64,000 nt of DNA from Methanosarcinales archaeon (GCA_026016205.1 CP061209.1:823286-887285), one strand, 5' to 3'; numbered from the stretch's first letter, positions 41,525-53,529 are shown. Numbers and translations are program-made. The notes: generated from the sequence alone by a model not told the origin.

Positions 41525-42703
41525 CTATGTTAAGGTTCTGGTGATATCTTTGATTACGTCCACCAATGCGTCCACTTCTTCCTGAGTATTGTATAGCGCA
41601 AAAGATGCACGGACCGAGCCGTGAATGCCTAAAAACTGGTGGGCTGGCATGGCACAGTGATGGCCACTCCTCGTGCAAATTCCATGCTCATCGAGCATCG
41701 TTGACACGTCATGAGAATCCATCGATGCGACGTTGAATGAAACCACTCCCGCTCGTTCTGATGGACCGTATACCTCGACGTTCGGCAGTTCTGCTAAACG
41801 GGATGCTGCATCCCGCGCCAGCGATGTTACATGATGCTCTATGTCGGTTATGCCAACGTTTTCCACATATTCTACGGCGGCGCCCAGCCCGATTATGCCA
41901 GGTATGTTAGGAGTACCGGGTTCGAAGCATGCTGGGGACTCGTCCAGTTCAAAGGAGTCTCTGGTGACTGATTTGATGGCTCCGCCCCCTGAATACACGG
42001 GTTCGAGTTGGTCTGGATGCTTAACATACAACACGCCAGTGCCAGGAGGGGCCAACAATCCTTTATGACCTGGAAATGCCAGAAAGTCGCAGTCCAGTTT
42101 TTCAACGTCCATGGGCATGTGCCCCAAGGATTGCGCTCCATCTACCAGGAGTGCTGCGCCGTTCTCATGTGCAATCTTGGCAATTTCTTGAATGTTCAAA
42201 ATCGAGCCGAAGACGTTTGAGATGTGCGTAATTGCGATTAATTTCGTGCGCTCCGTAATCGCTTCCTCGATTGATTCCGGACTTAAAATGCCCTGCCGGT
42301 CAGACTCAATGACAGTTACTTCAACGCCTTTGGGACGGAGCCTGAGCCATGGAAGGAAATTGGAATGATGCTCGAGAATGCTCGTGATGATGTGGTCACC
42401 TTTTGACCATTTCATCCCCAAGGCGACCATGTTGATGGCTTCAGTGGTATTTTTGGTGAAAATCGTCTGGCACTCCTTTGCGCCCATGAATTTCGCAACT
42501 TTTCTTCGCGCCCCATCATATCGCTCGGTCGTCGTCCTCGCGAGTTTGTATGCTCCGCGCCCATAGTTGGAAGCGTATTCGAAGAAGTACTCGTTCATCG
42601 CCTCTACGACGGGCCTTGGTGTCTGTGATGTGGCGGCACTGTCGAGATATATCACGCGGTCAAGAACCGGGAAATCCTTCCTGAGTTGCATGACGTCGTA
42701 CAT
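41525..42703 (-). CDS. Cysteine desulfurase (SufS/group II)
   Basis: YLDSAATSQ, EHHSN, DGAQ, GHK PLP Lys, RSGHHCA. Confidence 0.92.
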   Translation of the reverse strand: MYDVMQLRKDFPVLDRVIYLDSAATSQTPRPVVEAMNEYFFEYASNYGRGAYKLARTTTERYDGARRKVAKFMGAKECQTIFTKNTTEAINMVALGMKWSKGDHIITSILEHHSNFLPWLRLRPKGVEVTVIESDRQGILSPESIEEAITERTKLIAITHISNVFGSILNIQEIAKIAHENGAALLVDGAQSLGHMPMDVEKLDCDFLAFPGHKGLLAPPGTGVLYVKHPDQLEPVYSGGGAIKSVTRDSFELDESPACFEPGTPNIPGIIGLGAAVEYVENVGITDIEHHVTSLARDAASRLAELPNVEVYGPSERAGVVSFNVASMDSHDVSTMLDEHGICTRSGHHCAMPAHQFLGIHGSVRASFALYNTQEEVDALVDVIKDITRTLT

Positions 42704-42751
42704 GAGACTTAGGAATATATCTTGAGATTAGAAATATGTTGCGAGTTGTTT

Positions 42752-43519
42752 TCATACTCGTAATTTATGTGAGATTCGTTCAAAGCCAATTTCTCTGAAC
42801 TTTTTTAGAATTCCATCTGCATTTGTTATGATGATTTGCATATCGTCCTTATACAACTCCATGCATGCCAAGTTGCCGTTATGCCTGACCCTGATGTCGG
42901 TGATCCCCTTGCTTCGCAGGAATTCTTCTGCATCTCTTATCTGGCGCAGTTTATCCTTCGTGATTCTCTGCCCGCAAGGTATGCGCGTGGCCATGCAGGA
43001 CTCGGATGGCTTGTTCGCATTGGGCAGATTCAGGCGAACTGCCATCTCCTTTGCCTCTGATTTAGATACGCCAAAATCGAGCAGGGGTGTGAAAACGTCA
43101 AATTCTTTCAGCGCCCTGTAGCCAGGCCGGTTTTCATCAAGGTCGGATGCGTTGGTCCCATCCACGATGGTACTCGTGCCGGCAACTTTCCCCAACGCTG
43201 ACAGCATGCGCTTCTTGCAGTGATAGCACCTATCGGGCGGGTTTTGCACGAATTTTGGGTGAGCGAGCATATCCAACTTTACAATCCTGTGCGGGATTCC
43301 TATCTCGGCGGCGACTTGCTTCGTGCCTTCCAGCTCCCTAGGAGAGGACAATCCCGAGTCTATCGTGATGGCTGACGCTCTTTCAGCCAGGGCATCATAT
43401 GCCAGAGAGGCCACGACAGAACTGTCAACTCCACCTGAAAATGCAACTAAAACGTCGCGCTTCTGTGCCAGCGCTGCCCTGATTTTATCCATTTTTTTTG
43501 CTATATTATCGGCTTTCAT
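42752..43519 (-). CDS. larE: LarE-family sulfur insertase (Fe-S type)
   Basis: AFSGGVDS, RCYHCK, DGTN.SD..RPG, SCMATR. Confidence 0.88.
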   Translation of the reverse strand: MKADNIAKKMDKIRAALAQKRDVLVAFSGGVDSSVVASLAYDALAERASAITIDSGLSSPRELEGTKQVAAEIGIPHRIVKLDMLAHPKFVQNPPDRCYHCKKRMLSALGKVAGTSTIVDGTNASDLDENRPGYRALKEFDVFTPLLDFGVSKSEAKEMAVRLNLPNANKPSESCMATRIPCGQRITKDKLRQIRDAEEFLRSKGITDIRVRHNGNLACMELYKDDMQIIITNADGILKKFREIGFERISHKLRV

Positions 43520-43562
43520 ATCGGCAAAATTATCTATAAGGGCTCAGGTATTAATTACTTAC

Positions 43563-44897
43563 ATGGTTTGGAGACCGACTTTTGGAACAAATGGCATCCG
43601 GGGCATTGTAAATGAAGAGTTGACGCCTGAGATTGCGCTGAGACTGTGCCTAAGTCTGGGAACGCTGTGCAGCGGAGATATTGCGATAGGGAGAGATACG
43701 CGAGTCTCAGGGGAGATGATTAAGAGCGCTGCAATGTCTGGCTTACTGGCAACGGGAAACAAGGTCATCAACCTCGGCATTGCACCCAGTCCTGCGATTC
43801 AGTATTATGTAAAGCATAACGCGGATGCTGGCGTCATCGTAACGGCGTCGCACAATCCCAAGGAATACAATGGCCTGAAGTTTATAGACGGGGCGGGCAT
43901 GGAGTTCAGCAGGGAGCATGAGAAAGAGGTTGAAAAGGCCTATAATAAAGGCGAATTCAAGATGGTTAAGTGGAGCGAAACCGGGGAGTTAACCACAGCC
44001 AATGCAATTCCAGATTACAAAGAGGGCATCAAGAAATTGGTCGATGTTGAAAATATCAAGGGCAGAAAGTTCAAGGTTGTAGTGGACGCAGGAAATGGTG
44101 CGGCGTGCGGGGTAACGTCTGCTCTTTTGCGCGAACTTGGATGTGAGGTAATTGAGATAAACGCAGAACCGGATGGAACGTTTCCAGGAAGACCTCCTGA
44201 GCCGACCGGTGATGTGTTGGGAGATTCGATGGCGACGGTTAAAAAGAGCGGGGCAGACTTCGGCGTTGCCTATGATGGCGATGCCGACAGGGCAGTCTTT
44301 GTAGATGAACGTGGTGAATTCGTCAGCGAGGATGTGCTGCTTGCGATATTCGCGAAGAGCGCGCTGGAAAGAAAAAAGGGAGTTGTCGTAACGCCCGTGA
44401 GCTCGTCGTCATGCGTTGCTGAGGTTGTTGAACATTGTGGCGGGGAGATCGTTTGGACACCTGTGGGGAGCATATACGTCGCGAGAAAGATGATTGAGAC
44501 GAGGGCGGTTTTCGGCGGCGAGGGGAACGGTGGCCTGATTTTCCCAGAACATCAGTATTGCAGGGATGGTGGCGCAGCAGCGGCAAAGATGCTTGAAATG
44601 CTATGCGCTGGAAAAACTCTGTCAGAGTTCGCGGATGAGATTCCCAGATATTACCACATAAAGGAGAAACTGAGGGTTAAGGACAAAAACGAGGTGATGG
44701 AGAATGTCAAGGATGCCGCCAGAGGCAAGGTGGACACGACTGATGGCGTAAAGATTTGGCATGATGATGGCTGGGTGCTGGTTCGCGCCTCTGGAACCGA
44801 GCCCATAATTAGAGTATTCGCGGAGTCAAAATCACAGAAGAGGGCAAAGGAATTGCTGCAGGAAGGGATCGAACTGGTCAAACGGGCGAGTGGGTGA
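43563..44897 (+). CDS. glmM: Phosphoglucosamine mutase / PMM-PGM
   Basis: FGTNGIRG, TASHNP, DGDADR, GEGNG, RASGTEP. Confidence 0.88.
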   Translation: MVWRPTFGTNGIRGIVNEELTPEIALRLCLSLGTLCSGDIAIGRDTRVSGEMIKSAAMSGLLATGNKVINLGIAPSPAIQYYVKHNADAGVIVTASHNPKEYNGLKFIDGAGMEFSREHEKEVEKAYNKGEFKMVKWSETGELTTANAIPDYKEGIKKLVDVENIKGRKFKVVVDAGNGAACGVTSALLRELGCEVIEINAEPDGTFPGRPPEPTGDVLGDSMATVKKSGADFGVAYDGDADRAVFVDERGEFVSEDVLLAIFAKSALERKKGVVVTPVSSSSCVAEVVEHCGGEIVWTPVGSIYVARKMIETRAVFGGEGNGGLIFPEHQYCRDGGAAAAKMLEMLCAGKTLSEFADEIPRYYHIKEKLRVKDKNEVMENVKDAARGKVDTTDGVKIWHDDGWVLVRASGTEPIIRVFAESKSQKRAKELLQEGIELVKRASG

Positions 44898-45793
44898 ATT
44901 TGCAGAAGAAAATAATGGTCACAGGGTGCAGTGGATTTATCGGCACCCATCTGGCCAGGCGATTGCTGAATGATGGGTTTCATGTAATCGGATATGATAT
45001 GAACAAATCGTCGATTGCTGACCCCAATTTTGAGTTCATCCAGGGCGACATACTTGACATGGAAAAACTGCAGAAGAGCATGGATGGATGCGAAAGCGTG
45101 TTTCACCTTGCAGCCCAGACGTCTGTTCCAAAATCAACTTCAGACCCATTTCACGACTTCAAGACAAACGCAGAGGGCGTCTTCAACGTGCTTCTCGCTG
45201 CAAAAGAGCAAGGTGCCAAGGTCATCTATACGTCCACCTCCACGGTGTATGGGCTTGCAGACATGCCGACCAATGAGTCTCAAACGCTGAAGCCAATCTC
45301 GTTCTATGGGGCATCCAAGGCAGCAGGCGACTTATATTGCTTTGCATTTCACCATACCTTCGGATTGGACACGGCCATACTCAGATTGTACAATGTATAT
45401 GGTCCGGGCAACAGCAAGGGCGTGATGTATGACTTGTTCAAGAAGCTGGAGCGCGATCCATCGCATCTGGAGGTCATCGGAACCGGGCTGCAGAGGAAGG
45501 ATTACGTCTATATCGATGATGTGATTGATGCCCTTCTGGTTGCATACGAGAGGGGCGTGTCCGGCGAGGCGTACAACGTTGGCAACGGCGTCTCCACGAC
45601 CGTGAACGATGTCGTGAGAATCATCCTCGATGTCTTGCAATTGCGCCCGGAGATCACGTATACGGGTCAATCCTGGAAGGGGGATGTGGAGTCTGCGCAG
45701 GCCGATATTTCTAAATTTAAAAGTTTGGGATGGCACCCAAAGGTCAGCATAGAGGACGGAATCAGAAGGACGTATGAGTGGCTTAAAGATTAA
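44894..45793 (+). CDS. NAD-dependent nucleotide-sugar epimerase/dehydratase
   Basis: TG..GFIG, HLAA, YGASK, NVYGP. Confidence 0.9.
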   Translation: MNLQKKIMVTGCSGFIGTHLARRLLNDGFHVIGYDMNKSSIADPNFEFIQGDILDMEKLQKSMDGCESVFHLAAQTSVPKSTSDPFHDFKTNAEGVFNVLLAAKEQGAKVIYTSTSTVYGLADMPTNESQTLKPISFYGASKAAGDLYCFAFHHTFGLDTAILRLYNVYGPGNSKGVMYDLFKKLERDPSHLEVIGTGLQRKDYVYIDDVIDALLVAYERGVSGEAYNVGNGVSTTVNDVVRIILDVLQLRPEITYTGQSWKGDVESAQADISKFKSLGWHPKVSIEDGIRRTYEWLKD

Positions 45794-46293
45794 CGGTCTC
45801 TGCTCATTTGCTCTGCTTCCTCTAAAACCCTACCGTAAACCGTTATGTCAATTCTAAAGCCAGAGTCAATCAATTTTTTAAGCAAAACTTTAAATTCACT
45901 AAGATTGATCGTCTCCTTCTTTAAAGCCTCCAAAAGAACTCCTAACGTTCCAGTAAAAGTAAGTCCGAGAAATTCAGCGGCAATTCTTGCTCTCTTGTCA
46001 TCCAGAATAATCAAATCGGCTTTTTTCTCCATAGCCAAAAGCAGTGCATGTTCTTCCCCTTTATGGATGTTCAAATCGCTTAAATTTTTGTTATGTATGT
46101 GAACCTCTTCGGTTTTTATAAATCCTCTCTTGAGAAAATCGGTGACCTCTTCAGGAAAATCTGCTTTCTTTGCTACGATCTCTTTAAAAGCTGCCCTTGG
46201 TATGTGAATTTCTCCATAAAGTGATTTAAGCAGGTCAAGCCTTTTTATCTTCGAGAGAAAAATTAATGGGGATGTATTGGATACTACTAGCAC
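45790..46293 (-). CDS. DUF3368 PIN-like toxin
   Basis: VVSNTSPLI, GE..A..LA, LDDKRAR, GTLGVL. Confidence 0.88.
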   Translation of the reverse strand: MLVVSNTSPLIFLSKIKRLDLLKSLYGEIHIPRAAFKEIVAKKADFPEEVTDFLKRGFIKTEEVHIHNKNLSDLNIHKGEEHALLLAMEKKADLIILDDKRARIAAEFLGLTFTGTLGVLLEALKKETINLSEFKVLLKKLIDSGFRIDITVYGRVLEEAEQMSRDR

Positions 46294-46610
46294 TTTTTAA
46301 TCCTCTTCAGATCTTTTTCAAGTTCCTGCAGGTCGTAGTTTATGGTTATCCCCTTTGAGGATAAAATTTCAATCATTTCCCACAGGTTACGTCCTGCTAT
46401 CTCTGCTGCTTTCCACAGGGAGACTTTACCCTCTTCGTATAGGTCCAATGCATAATCAACCTTGTATTCCTGCAAGGATTTGTGAATGAGTTTCCTGATA
46501 AAGGTTGCCTTGTCTAGGTGCTCTTTTTTTGTGAACTCTTCTATTTCTTTCACGTCCTCAGGGAAGAGGCGCGTGGATATGGTTATAGCCTTGGTCGTCA
46601 TTTTTATCAC
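46287..46610 (-). CDS. UPF0175 antitoxin (RHH + HTH)
   Basis: ISTRL..., Y..GKVSLWKAAEIAG. Confidence 0.85.
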   Translation of the reverse strand: MIKMTTKAITISTRLFPEDVKEIEEFTKKEHLDKATFIRKLIHKSLQEYKVDYALDLYEEGKVSLWKAAEIAGRNLWEMIEILSSKGITINYDLQELEKDLKRIKKC

Positions 46611-46798
46611 GTCTACATTTTAATTAAATGTAAACATCTTATTTAAGACTTTTGATAAGAGAGATTTGGAGATTCTGCAAAACATATTTGAATTGTTGAA
46701 ACACGAGTAGTATAATCTAATTGCAACTATCCAAACTTTATCGTAGAAGTTTCTTAAGGATTAGAAATAAAAAAATATAGAAAGAAGGGGTGAAAATT

Positions 46799-47068
46799 TT
46801 AGTAGACGTGCTCTCGATGATCAACCCAATTGAGGTAGACTATTTTCTCTGTTTCATTGGGTGTGAATATGAGGCGATACATCTTTGCTATTCTTGTTGA
46901 CTTTTTACCGTGTAACTCGCCGGAAAGCCAACCGCCTACATGCAATGGATCTTCCTGTAACCGTTTGATTTTCTTGTCAAGTTCCTCAAGGGCTTTCTTA
47001 TTCTTTCTGATGATTTTGAGGGACTCAAGAAAAGTATCTGTTCGCTTGACGGTCCAAGTCATGTTCAC
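46799..47068 (-). CDS. RelE/YoeB-family toxin
   Basis: L.G.L.G..S.RI...YRLIF, DHREHVY. Confidence 0.8.
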   Translation of the reverse strand: MNMTWTVKRTDTFLESLKIIRKNKKALEELDKKIKRLQEDPLHVGGWLSGELHGKKSTRIAKMYRLIFTPNETEKIVYLNWVDHREHVY

Positions 47069-47280
47069 AGCTCGTCAAGCAAATCTTTAACAGAAGTAAC
47101 TTCCCTAACCCGACCTGCTTTAACATCCCGGTCGCTTTTACGGAGTGCTTCCATCGTTTTTGGATTGCTAAGAATTTCAACTGAGTCAATGAGTAATTCG
47201 ATGTCTTCTCGCGTAACCATCTTCTCTTCCATCCTCTTTAGCCCTTGGTATACATCTTCAATTGTAACTAAACCAGTCAT
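47065..47280 (-). CDS. Antitoxin partner of RelE-like toxin
   Basis: GTGA-coupled upstream of toxin; EILSNP..MEAL.KS..D...GRV neutralising region. Confidence 0.7.
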   Translation of the reverse strand: MTGLVTIEDVYQGLKRMEEKMVTREDIELLIDSVEILSNPKTMEALRKSDRDVKAGRVREVTSVKDLLDEL

Positions 47281-47434
47281 ATTCTTTCATTTAGATTCGT
47301 GCCCATATAATCATTTCGACCTACATATTAGTAATCTTGGGTATTAACAACGCACGATATATGCCTAGTGCTGATTCCTTGTCAGTCTTTTTACTTGTAA
47401 CATAAAAAAGCCAAAAAGGATAAAAAAATAGAGG

Positions 47435-47455
47435 AGAAGGGAATTAGTCCCTTCT
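47435..47455 (-). terminator. Hairpin + T-tract terminator after PGF-CTERM gene 2
   Basis: AGAAGGGA-attag-TCCCTTCT with A-run on + (T-run on -). Confidence 0.7.
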
Positions 47456-47479
47456 TAGCCATATATTTTCAGCTTTGTT

Positions 47480-48715
47480 TTATTCTTCGCGTCTGAGCAC
47501 TAAGTATGCTACCGCAAGAAGTCCTGCGATGGCAAACACAGCCTCAAAGCCTGGTGTCGTTGGTGGTGTTGCTGTTGCTGTTGCTGTTGCTGTTGCGGTT
47601 GCGGTTGCGGTCACGACTGCTTCCGGCGTTGGTGTAACACGACTGCCCGCAACCCGTCTCAGTATTGTTATCGTCCCTGTTTTCGAATTCCCAGCAGAAT
47701 CAGTTGCCTCCACTGTTACGAGGTTACTTCCGGTTGACAAACTGACCGATAGCGAGTATGGAATATCGTTCCCATCTAATGTTCCCAAGGATGCTGAGGC
47801 TCCATTAACTGTAACTTCTGTTATCGGTGAGCCTGTTCCATATGCTGTCCCAGAGATCGTCGTAGTAGTGGAATATGTAGATGTGCCCATTGAGCTTGAA
47901 ACCGTTAGAGTTGGATTTGTGTTGTCAACTTTAACCTCTAGTTGTACCGTGTTGTTAAAAAAAGATACATTATCATAGGCGGTCACATTGAGATTGTATG
48001 TTCCATCCGCAGCGTTTACCTCAACAGAACTGTTGACCCAGTTGTCTGTGGCTCCATCCTTTGTGAGAATAATCGTGCCCGCACCTATCGCAGAGGCGTC
48101 CACCGTAGCATTCTTGACTCCAGAGACGTTGTCAGTTATCGTGGCATTCAACGTAATTTTAGTGCCGTTGTTGGCAGCGGTTTGATCCCCGAGGTAATCA
48201 GTCGGATTAGCAACTACAGACGGCTCTGCGTTATCGATTGTGGTGTTACCAAGTGGATTCCCTGGAGGATCTGGTGTGACCGTTATATTCACCCCAGTCA
48301 CAGAGGTCACATTTGCATCAACTATGTTACTATCAGTCGCTGTTGAGCTTATATCATAGTTCACTGTAACCCACTCGCCTCCAGCAACGCTAACACTACC
48401 GGTAACGTCTACCACATTAGCATCCCATGTCGTATTGTATCCAAGTAGTGTACCGCCGACAAAAACGCTAATGTTAACAACGTCAGCAGACGCGTCTCCC
48501 TCGAATTTGACTTGAACAACTTCAACTGTTGCAGGTGTTTGTGGAGTTACGGTTACATTAAACTTAAGTATCGAAACATTAGTAGTACCTACTTTCACAT
48601 AAGGTGGTGTTATATCCTCAGTAACCGCACCCACCGGCATCACAAACACAACAAAAACGGAGAGCACTAAAATCGCTGTCAGCACTGTTATTGAGACTTT
48701 CCCATTACCTTCCAT
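47480..48715 (-). CDS. PGF-CTERM cell-surface glycoprotein with Ig-like domains
   Basis: Signal peptide, many N-x-S/T sequons, (TA)n stalk, PGF-TM-RREE. Confidence 0.88.
   Translation of the reverse strand: MEGNGKVSITVLTAILVLSVFVVFVMPVGAVTEDITPPYVKVGTTNVSILKFNVTVTPQTPATVEVVQVKFEGDASADVVNISVFVGGTLLGYNTTWDANVVDVTGSVSVAGGEWVTVNYDISSTATDSNIVDANVTSVTGVNITVTPDPPGNPLGNTTIDNAEPSVVANPTDYLGDQTAANNGTKITLNATITDNVSGVKNATVDASAIGAGTIILTKDGATDNWVNSSVEVNAADGTYNLNVTAYDNVSFFNNTVQLEVKVDNTNPTLTVSSSMGTSTYSTTTTISGTAYGTGSPITEVTVNGASASLGTLDGNDIPYSLSVSLSTGSNLVTVEATDSAGNSKTGTITILRRVAGSRVTPTPEAVVTATATATATATATATPPTTPGFEAVFAIAGLLAVAYLVLRREE
47567..47611. repeat. Hexamer tandem repeat (GTTGCT)4(GTTGCG)3 encoding Thr-Ala stalk
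   Basis: Read directly. Confidence 0.9.
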
Positions 48716-48880
48716 TAAATCTCCCCTCCTAAGGGGTCTTACAGTAGTTTACATTATGACTATATAAAAACTTATTCGATGATAGTCCTTTTCGAATTTT
48801 CGAGCCGTCTCGATGATTAAAATGAGGATGTCGCAATATAGTAATCTAACAACAAAGAATCAAAAAATAAAAAATATAGA

Positions 48881-48904
48881 AAGAAGGGATTTTCATCCCT
48901 TCTT
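48881..48904 (-). terminator. Hairpin + T-tract terminator after major surface protein gene
   Basis: AAGAAGGGAT-tttc-ATCCCTTCTT with A-run on +. Confidence 0.75.
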
Positions 48905-48924
48905 ATTTTAGTTTGTTTACCGTT

Positions 48925-51087
<2,163 letters not shown>

Positions 51088-51324
51088 TATTTATTTAACC
51101 TCCTTTAGTTTATTTCTTGGTCCCACATGGAACCTTTTCTTGAAGAGTGATATGTTATCTCTTATATAGACTTTTGCGTCTGTCCCACTTCCGAAGGAAT
51201 GGGCATCGCAAAGACATCGTTGTCGTTTCAAAAATCGCCTAAACATTTAGACAATTGTCGAAACGGTCCTCACCCTCCTAATCCCGTCATTTTGGGTTAT
51301 AAATCACTATTAGACCTATTCTCT

Positions 51325-51390
51325 TTTAAAGCTTTTGTGGTTCTTGGTGATTATCCGCCATATTTCTCTGATTTTCTAAAAATTGTCGAT
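51325..51390. repeat. Intergenic direct repeat, copy 1 (copy 2 at 53474-53529)
   Basis: 50/56 aligned identity plus a 10-nt insertion. Confidence 0.75.
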
Positions 51391-51403
51391 GCAAACAAAA
51401 GGG

Positions 51404-51434
51404 TTTATATCTGTGTGCACATATGTGTGCACAG
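51404..51434 (+). promoter_or_regulatory. TATA box and putative vapBC operator
   Basis: TTTATAT then TGTGTGCACA-TA-TGTGTGCACA just before the vapB ATG. Confidence 0.65.
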
Positions 51435-51441
51435 ATTAAAG

Positions 51442-51663
51442 ATGACCAAGACCATTTCGCTGTCCGATGAGGCGTATGATATACTGAAGAGGATGAAAAC
51501 AGGAAAGGAGAGCTTCTCGGACACCATCAAGAAATTAGCCGGAAGAGGGAAGTTGAGCGAGGTTCTGGACCTCTACCCGGAGATAACGGACAAGGAGTAC
51601 GAGAAATCAGCCAAGGAGTTAAGAAAGAAGATAGATGCCAGGCTGAAGGACATGGGACTATGA
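51442..51663 (+). CDS. vapB: VapB antitoxin (DUF217 type)
   Basis: MTKTISLSDEAY..LK..K...ESFSD.I. Confidence 0.88.
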   Translation: MTKTISLSDEAYDILKRMKTGKESFSDTIKKLAGRGKLSEVLDLYPEITDKEYEKSAKELRKKIDARLKDMGL

Positions 51664-52067
51664 AGTGCCTTGACACGACGTACTTTGTCGATTTAGTCAG
51701 AAAACCGTCCGCCATCAGGGACATAACAACGAGATTGGATGAGGAGGACAGGTGTGCCACGACCGTTTTTAACGTCTATGAGGCACTATTTGGAAGTTAT
51801 GCGGTGGACGATGCTAAGGGCGAGAAGATACGAGAGAAGATAAGCAAAGCCGCCAATAGGTTGGAAGTCCTGGAATTCCGTTATGTGGATGCATTGAAGG
51901 CAGCCGAGATAGGCGGAGCATTACTAAAAAAGAAAAAAGTAGTCGGTGCAGATGCCATCACGGCTGCGATTGCAATAAACAACGGCTGCGAGGCGGTTGT
52001 CACGAGGAACAAGAAGCATTTCGGGTGGATAAAAGACCTAACCGGCTTGGAAGTTGAGACGTACTAA
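51660..52067 (+). CDS. vapC: VapC PIN toxin
   Basis: LDTTYFVD, E, DAITAAIA, TRNKKHF. Confidence 0.9.
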   Translation: MKCLDTTYFVDLVRKPSAIRDITTRLDEEDRCATTVFNVYEALFGSYAVDDAKGEKIREKISKAANRLEVLEFRYVDALKAAEIGGALLKKKKVVGADAITAAIAINNGCEAVVTRNKKHFGWIKDLTGLEVETY

Positions 52068-52104
52068 TCAAGGTCCAAAAGATTTTTATATTGTGAATTC
52101 CCAA

Positions 52105-52350
52105 ATGGGAATTGTGATTAGTATGGAAGCGAAGATGCATTCCGGAAAATTGTACATACCGAAGAGATTTCTCAAGGCATTGAACATCCAACCCGACTCC
52201 GAGATAGAGGTTGAATTAGAGAACGATCATATAGTCATCAGACCAAGCGTAGGGGTGGATAAAGGAGCTAAGAGATTATTAGAGCTACTAAAAAATCCGC
52301 CATATGGATTGGCAGAGGATAAGGAGTACTCATATGAAGATATTGATTGA
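52105..52350 (+). CDS. AbrB-type antitoxin
   Basis: GKLYIPK..L..LNI...EI...IVIRP; IR AATTCCC-N4-GGGAATT at 52096-52113. Confidence 0.8.
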   Translation: MGIVISMEAKMHSGKLYIPKRFLKALNIQPDSEIEVELENDHIVIRPSVGVDKGAKRLLELLKNPPYGLAEDKEYSYEDID

Positions 52351-52807
52351 TACTGAAATATGGGCGTATGCGTACAAGAAGCCAAAGAAGGACTGGTTCG
52401 AGAGTGAAAAGGAATACGATAAGCAGATATCTTTGCATGAACTTGCAGGGGAGTTTGTGAAGGATAAGCTCATGAATGATGTTATATTCATGTCGCATCA
52501 AGAGATCGCAGAGATATGGCATGTTTTAACCATGCGAGGGAGAAGAATTCCGGGGGATGTGGCCTATGATATCATCAAAGCCCTACTTGACACAAGCACC
52601 GTGATTCAAGTGGGAATTACAAAAAGCGATGTTACCAAGGCTATTGAGCTCAGCAAGGAAACGAAAATACATATATGGGACTTTTTAGTGGTTCTTCCGT
52701 GCGAACAATTAGATAGGATTTATACAATGGATGAGCATTTCAGGCACAAAGCCTTTCAAGAGATTGCCCCAGTTGAGAACCCGCTGGGCGTGTGGTTAAC
52801 GATGTGA
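52334..52807 (+). CDS. PIN-domain toxin
   Basis: ILIDTEIW, AEIWHVL, IWDFL, IYTMD.HF..VENP. Confidence 0.85.
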   Translation: MKILIDTEIWAYAYKKPKKDWFESEKEYDKQISLHELAGEFVKDKLMNDVIFMSHQEIAEIWHVLTMRGRRIPGDVAYDIIKALLDTSTVIQVGITKSDVTKAIELSKETKIHIWDFLVVLPCEQLDRIYTMDEHFRHKAFQEIAPVENPLGVWLTM

Positions 52808-52822
52808 AGATGTCACGGCGAG

Positions 52823-53230
52823 CTACTTCTCAAGCCTGATGATGTCATTGAATTTATCATAATGAGCATCCTGCGAGTAAATCTCCTTTATCCTCATCTT
52901 CCGCATGGTTAAGACATGATGTGCATCTATGAAGTCAATATCGTATTTATCGTAAAGTTCCAGGATCTTATCTGATATGGCGTGATTTTCCGCCCCGATC
53001 AATTTCAAGCCACTGCAACCTAAAAATGCTGACAGGTACTCCCTTATCTTGTTTTTGGGCTTTTTTGCCCTCTCAAGTACGTGCGCAATCTCTGCCAATG
53101 TAAATATCGTCGTGATAGCTTTCTCCCTTCCATCCGATATCCTCAGCATTATTTCTCGCATATCGTCGAGCTTCGCCTTTGGCGCTCTGAGCATAACGCC
53201 AAGTGGAATGGAGGCATCGAGATATCTCAT
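52823..53230 (-). CDS. vapC: VapC PIN toxin
   Basis: YLDAS, AE, DFIDA, IYS.D.HYD. Confidence 0.88.
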   Translation of the reverse strand: MRYLDASIPLGVMLRAPKAKLDDMREIMLRISDGREKAITTIFTLAEIAHVLERAKKPKNKIREYLSAFLGCSGLKLIGAENHAISDKILELYDKYDIDFIDAHHVLTMRKMRIKEIYSQDAHYDKFNDIIRLEK

Positions 53231-53448
53231 TCCTCCTCGTGAGCAAAAGCCTCATGCATAAGTTTCACAGGGTCGTCTGCAAAGCCCTCTAAACACCCTT
53301 CACATACCTCAACGAAGTTTTTCTTGTGTCTGACCAGTTTTATCTCGCAGGCTATCTCATCTTTTGGCCCTATGTTCTGTTCAGCCCGTACCTCAGCAGG
53401 AATTAGTATCCTGCCCTTATCGTCCACGGTTCCCACAAATTCATCCAT
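53227..53448 (-). CDS. AbrB-type antitoxin
   Basis: VDDKGRILIP.EVR; IR ATATTTC-N8-GAAATAT at 53447-53468. Confidence 0.85.
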   Translation of the reverse strand: MDEFVGTVDDKGRILIPAEVRAEQNIGPKDEIACEIKLVRHKKNFVEVCEGCLEGFADDPVKLMHEAFAHEEE

Positions 53449-53473
53449 ATTTCCCACTATAGAAATATTCATA

Positions 53474-53529
53474 TTTAAAACTTTTGTGGTTATTCGCTAT
53501 GTTTCTCCGATTTTCTAAAAATCGTCGAT
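53474..53529. repeat. Intergenic direct repeat, copy 2 (contains BRE-TATA of the minus-strand abrB)
   Basis: Matches 51325-51390. Confidence 0.75.

Noticed and set aside
43323-43562. 80-aa N-terminal extension of glmM
   Set aside because: It overlaps larE on the opposite strand; homology starts at ATG 43563.
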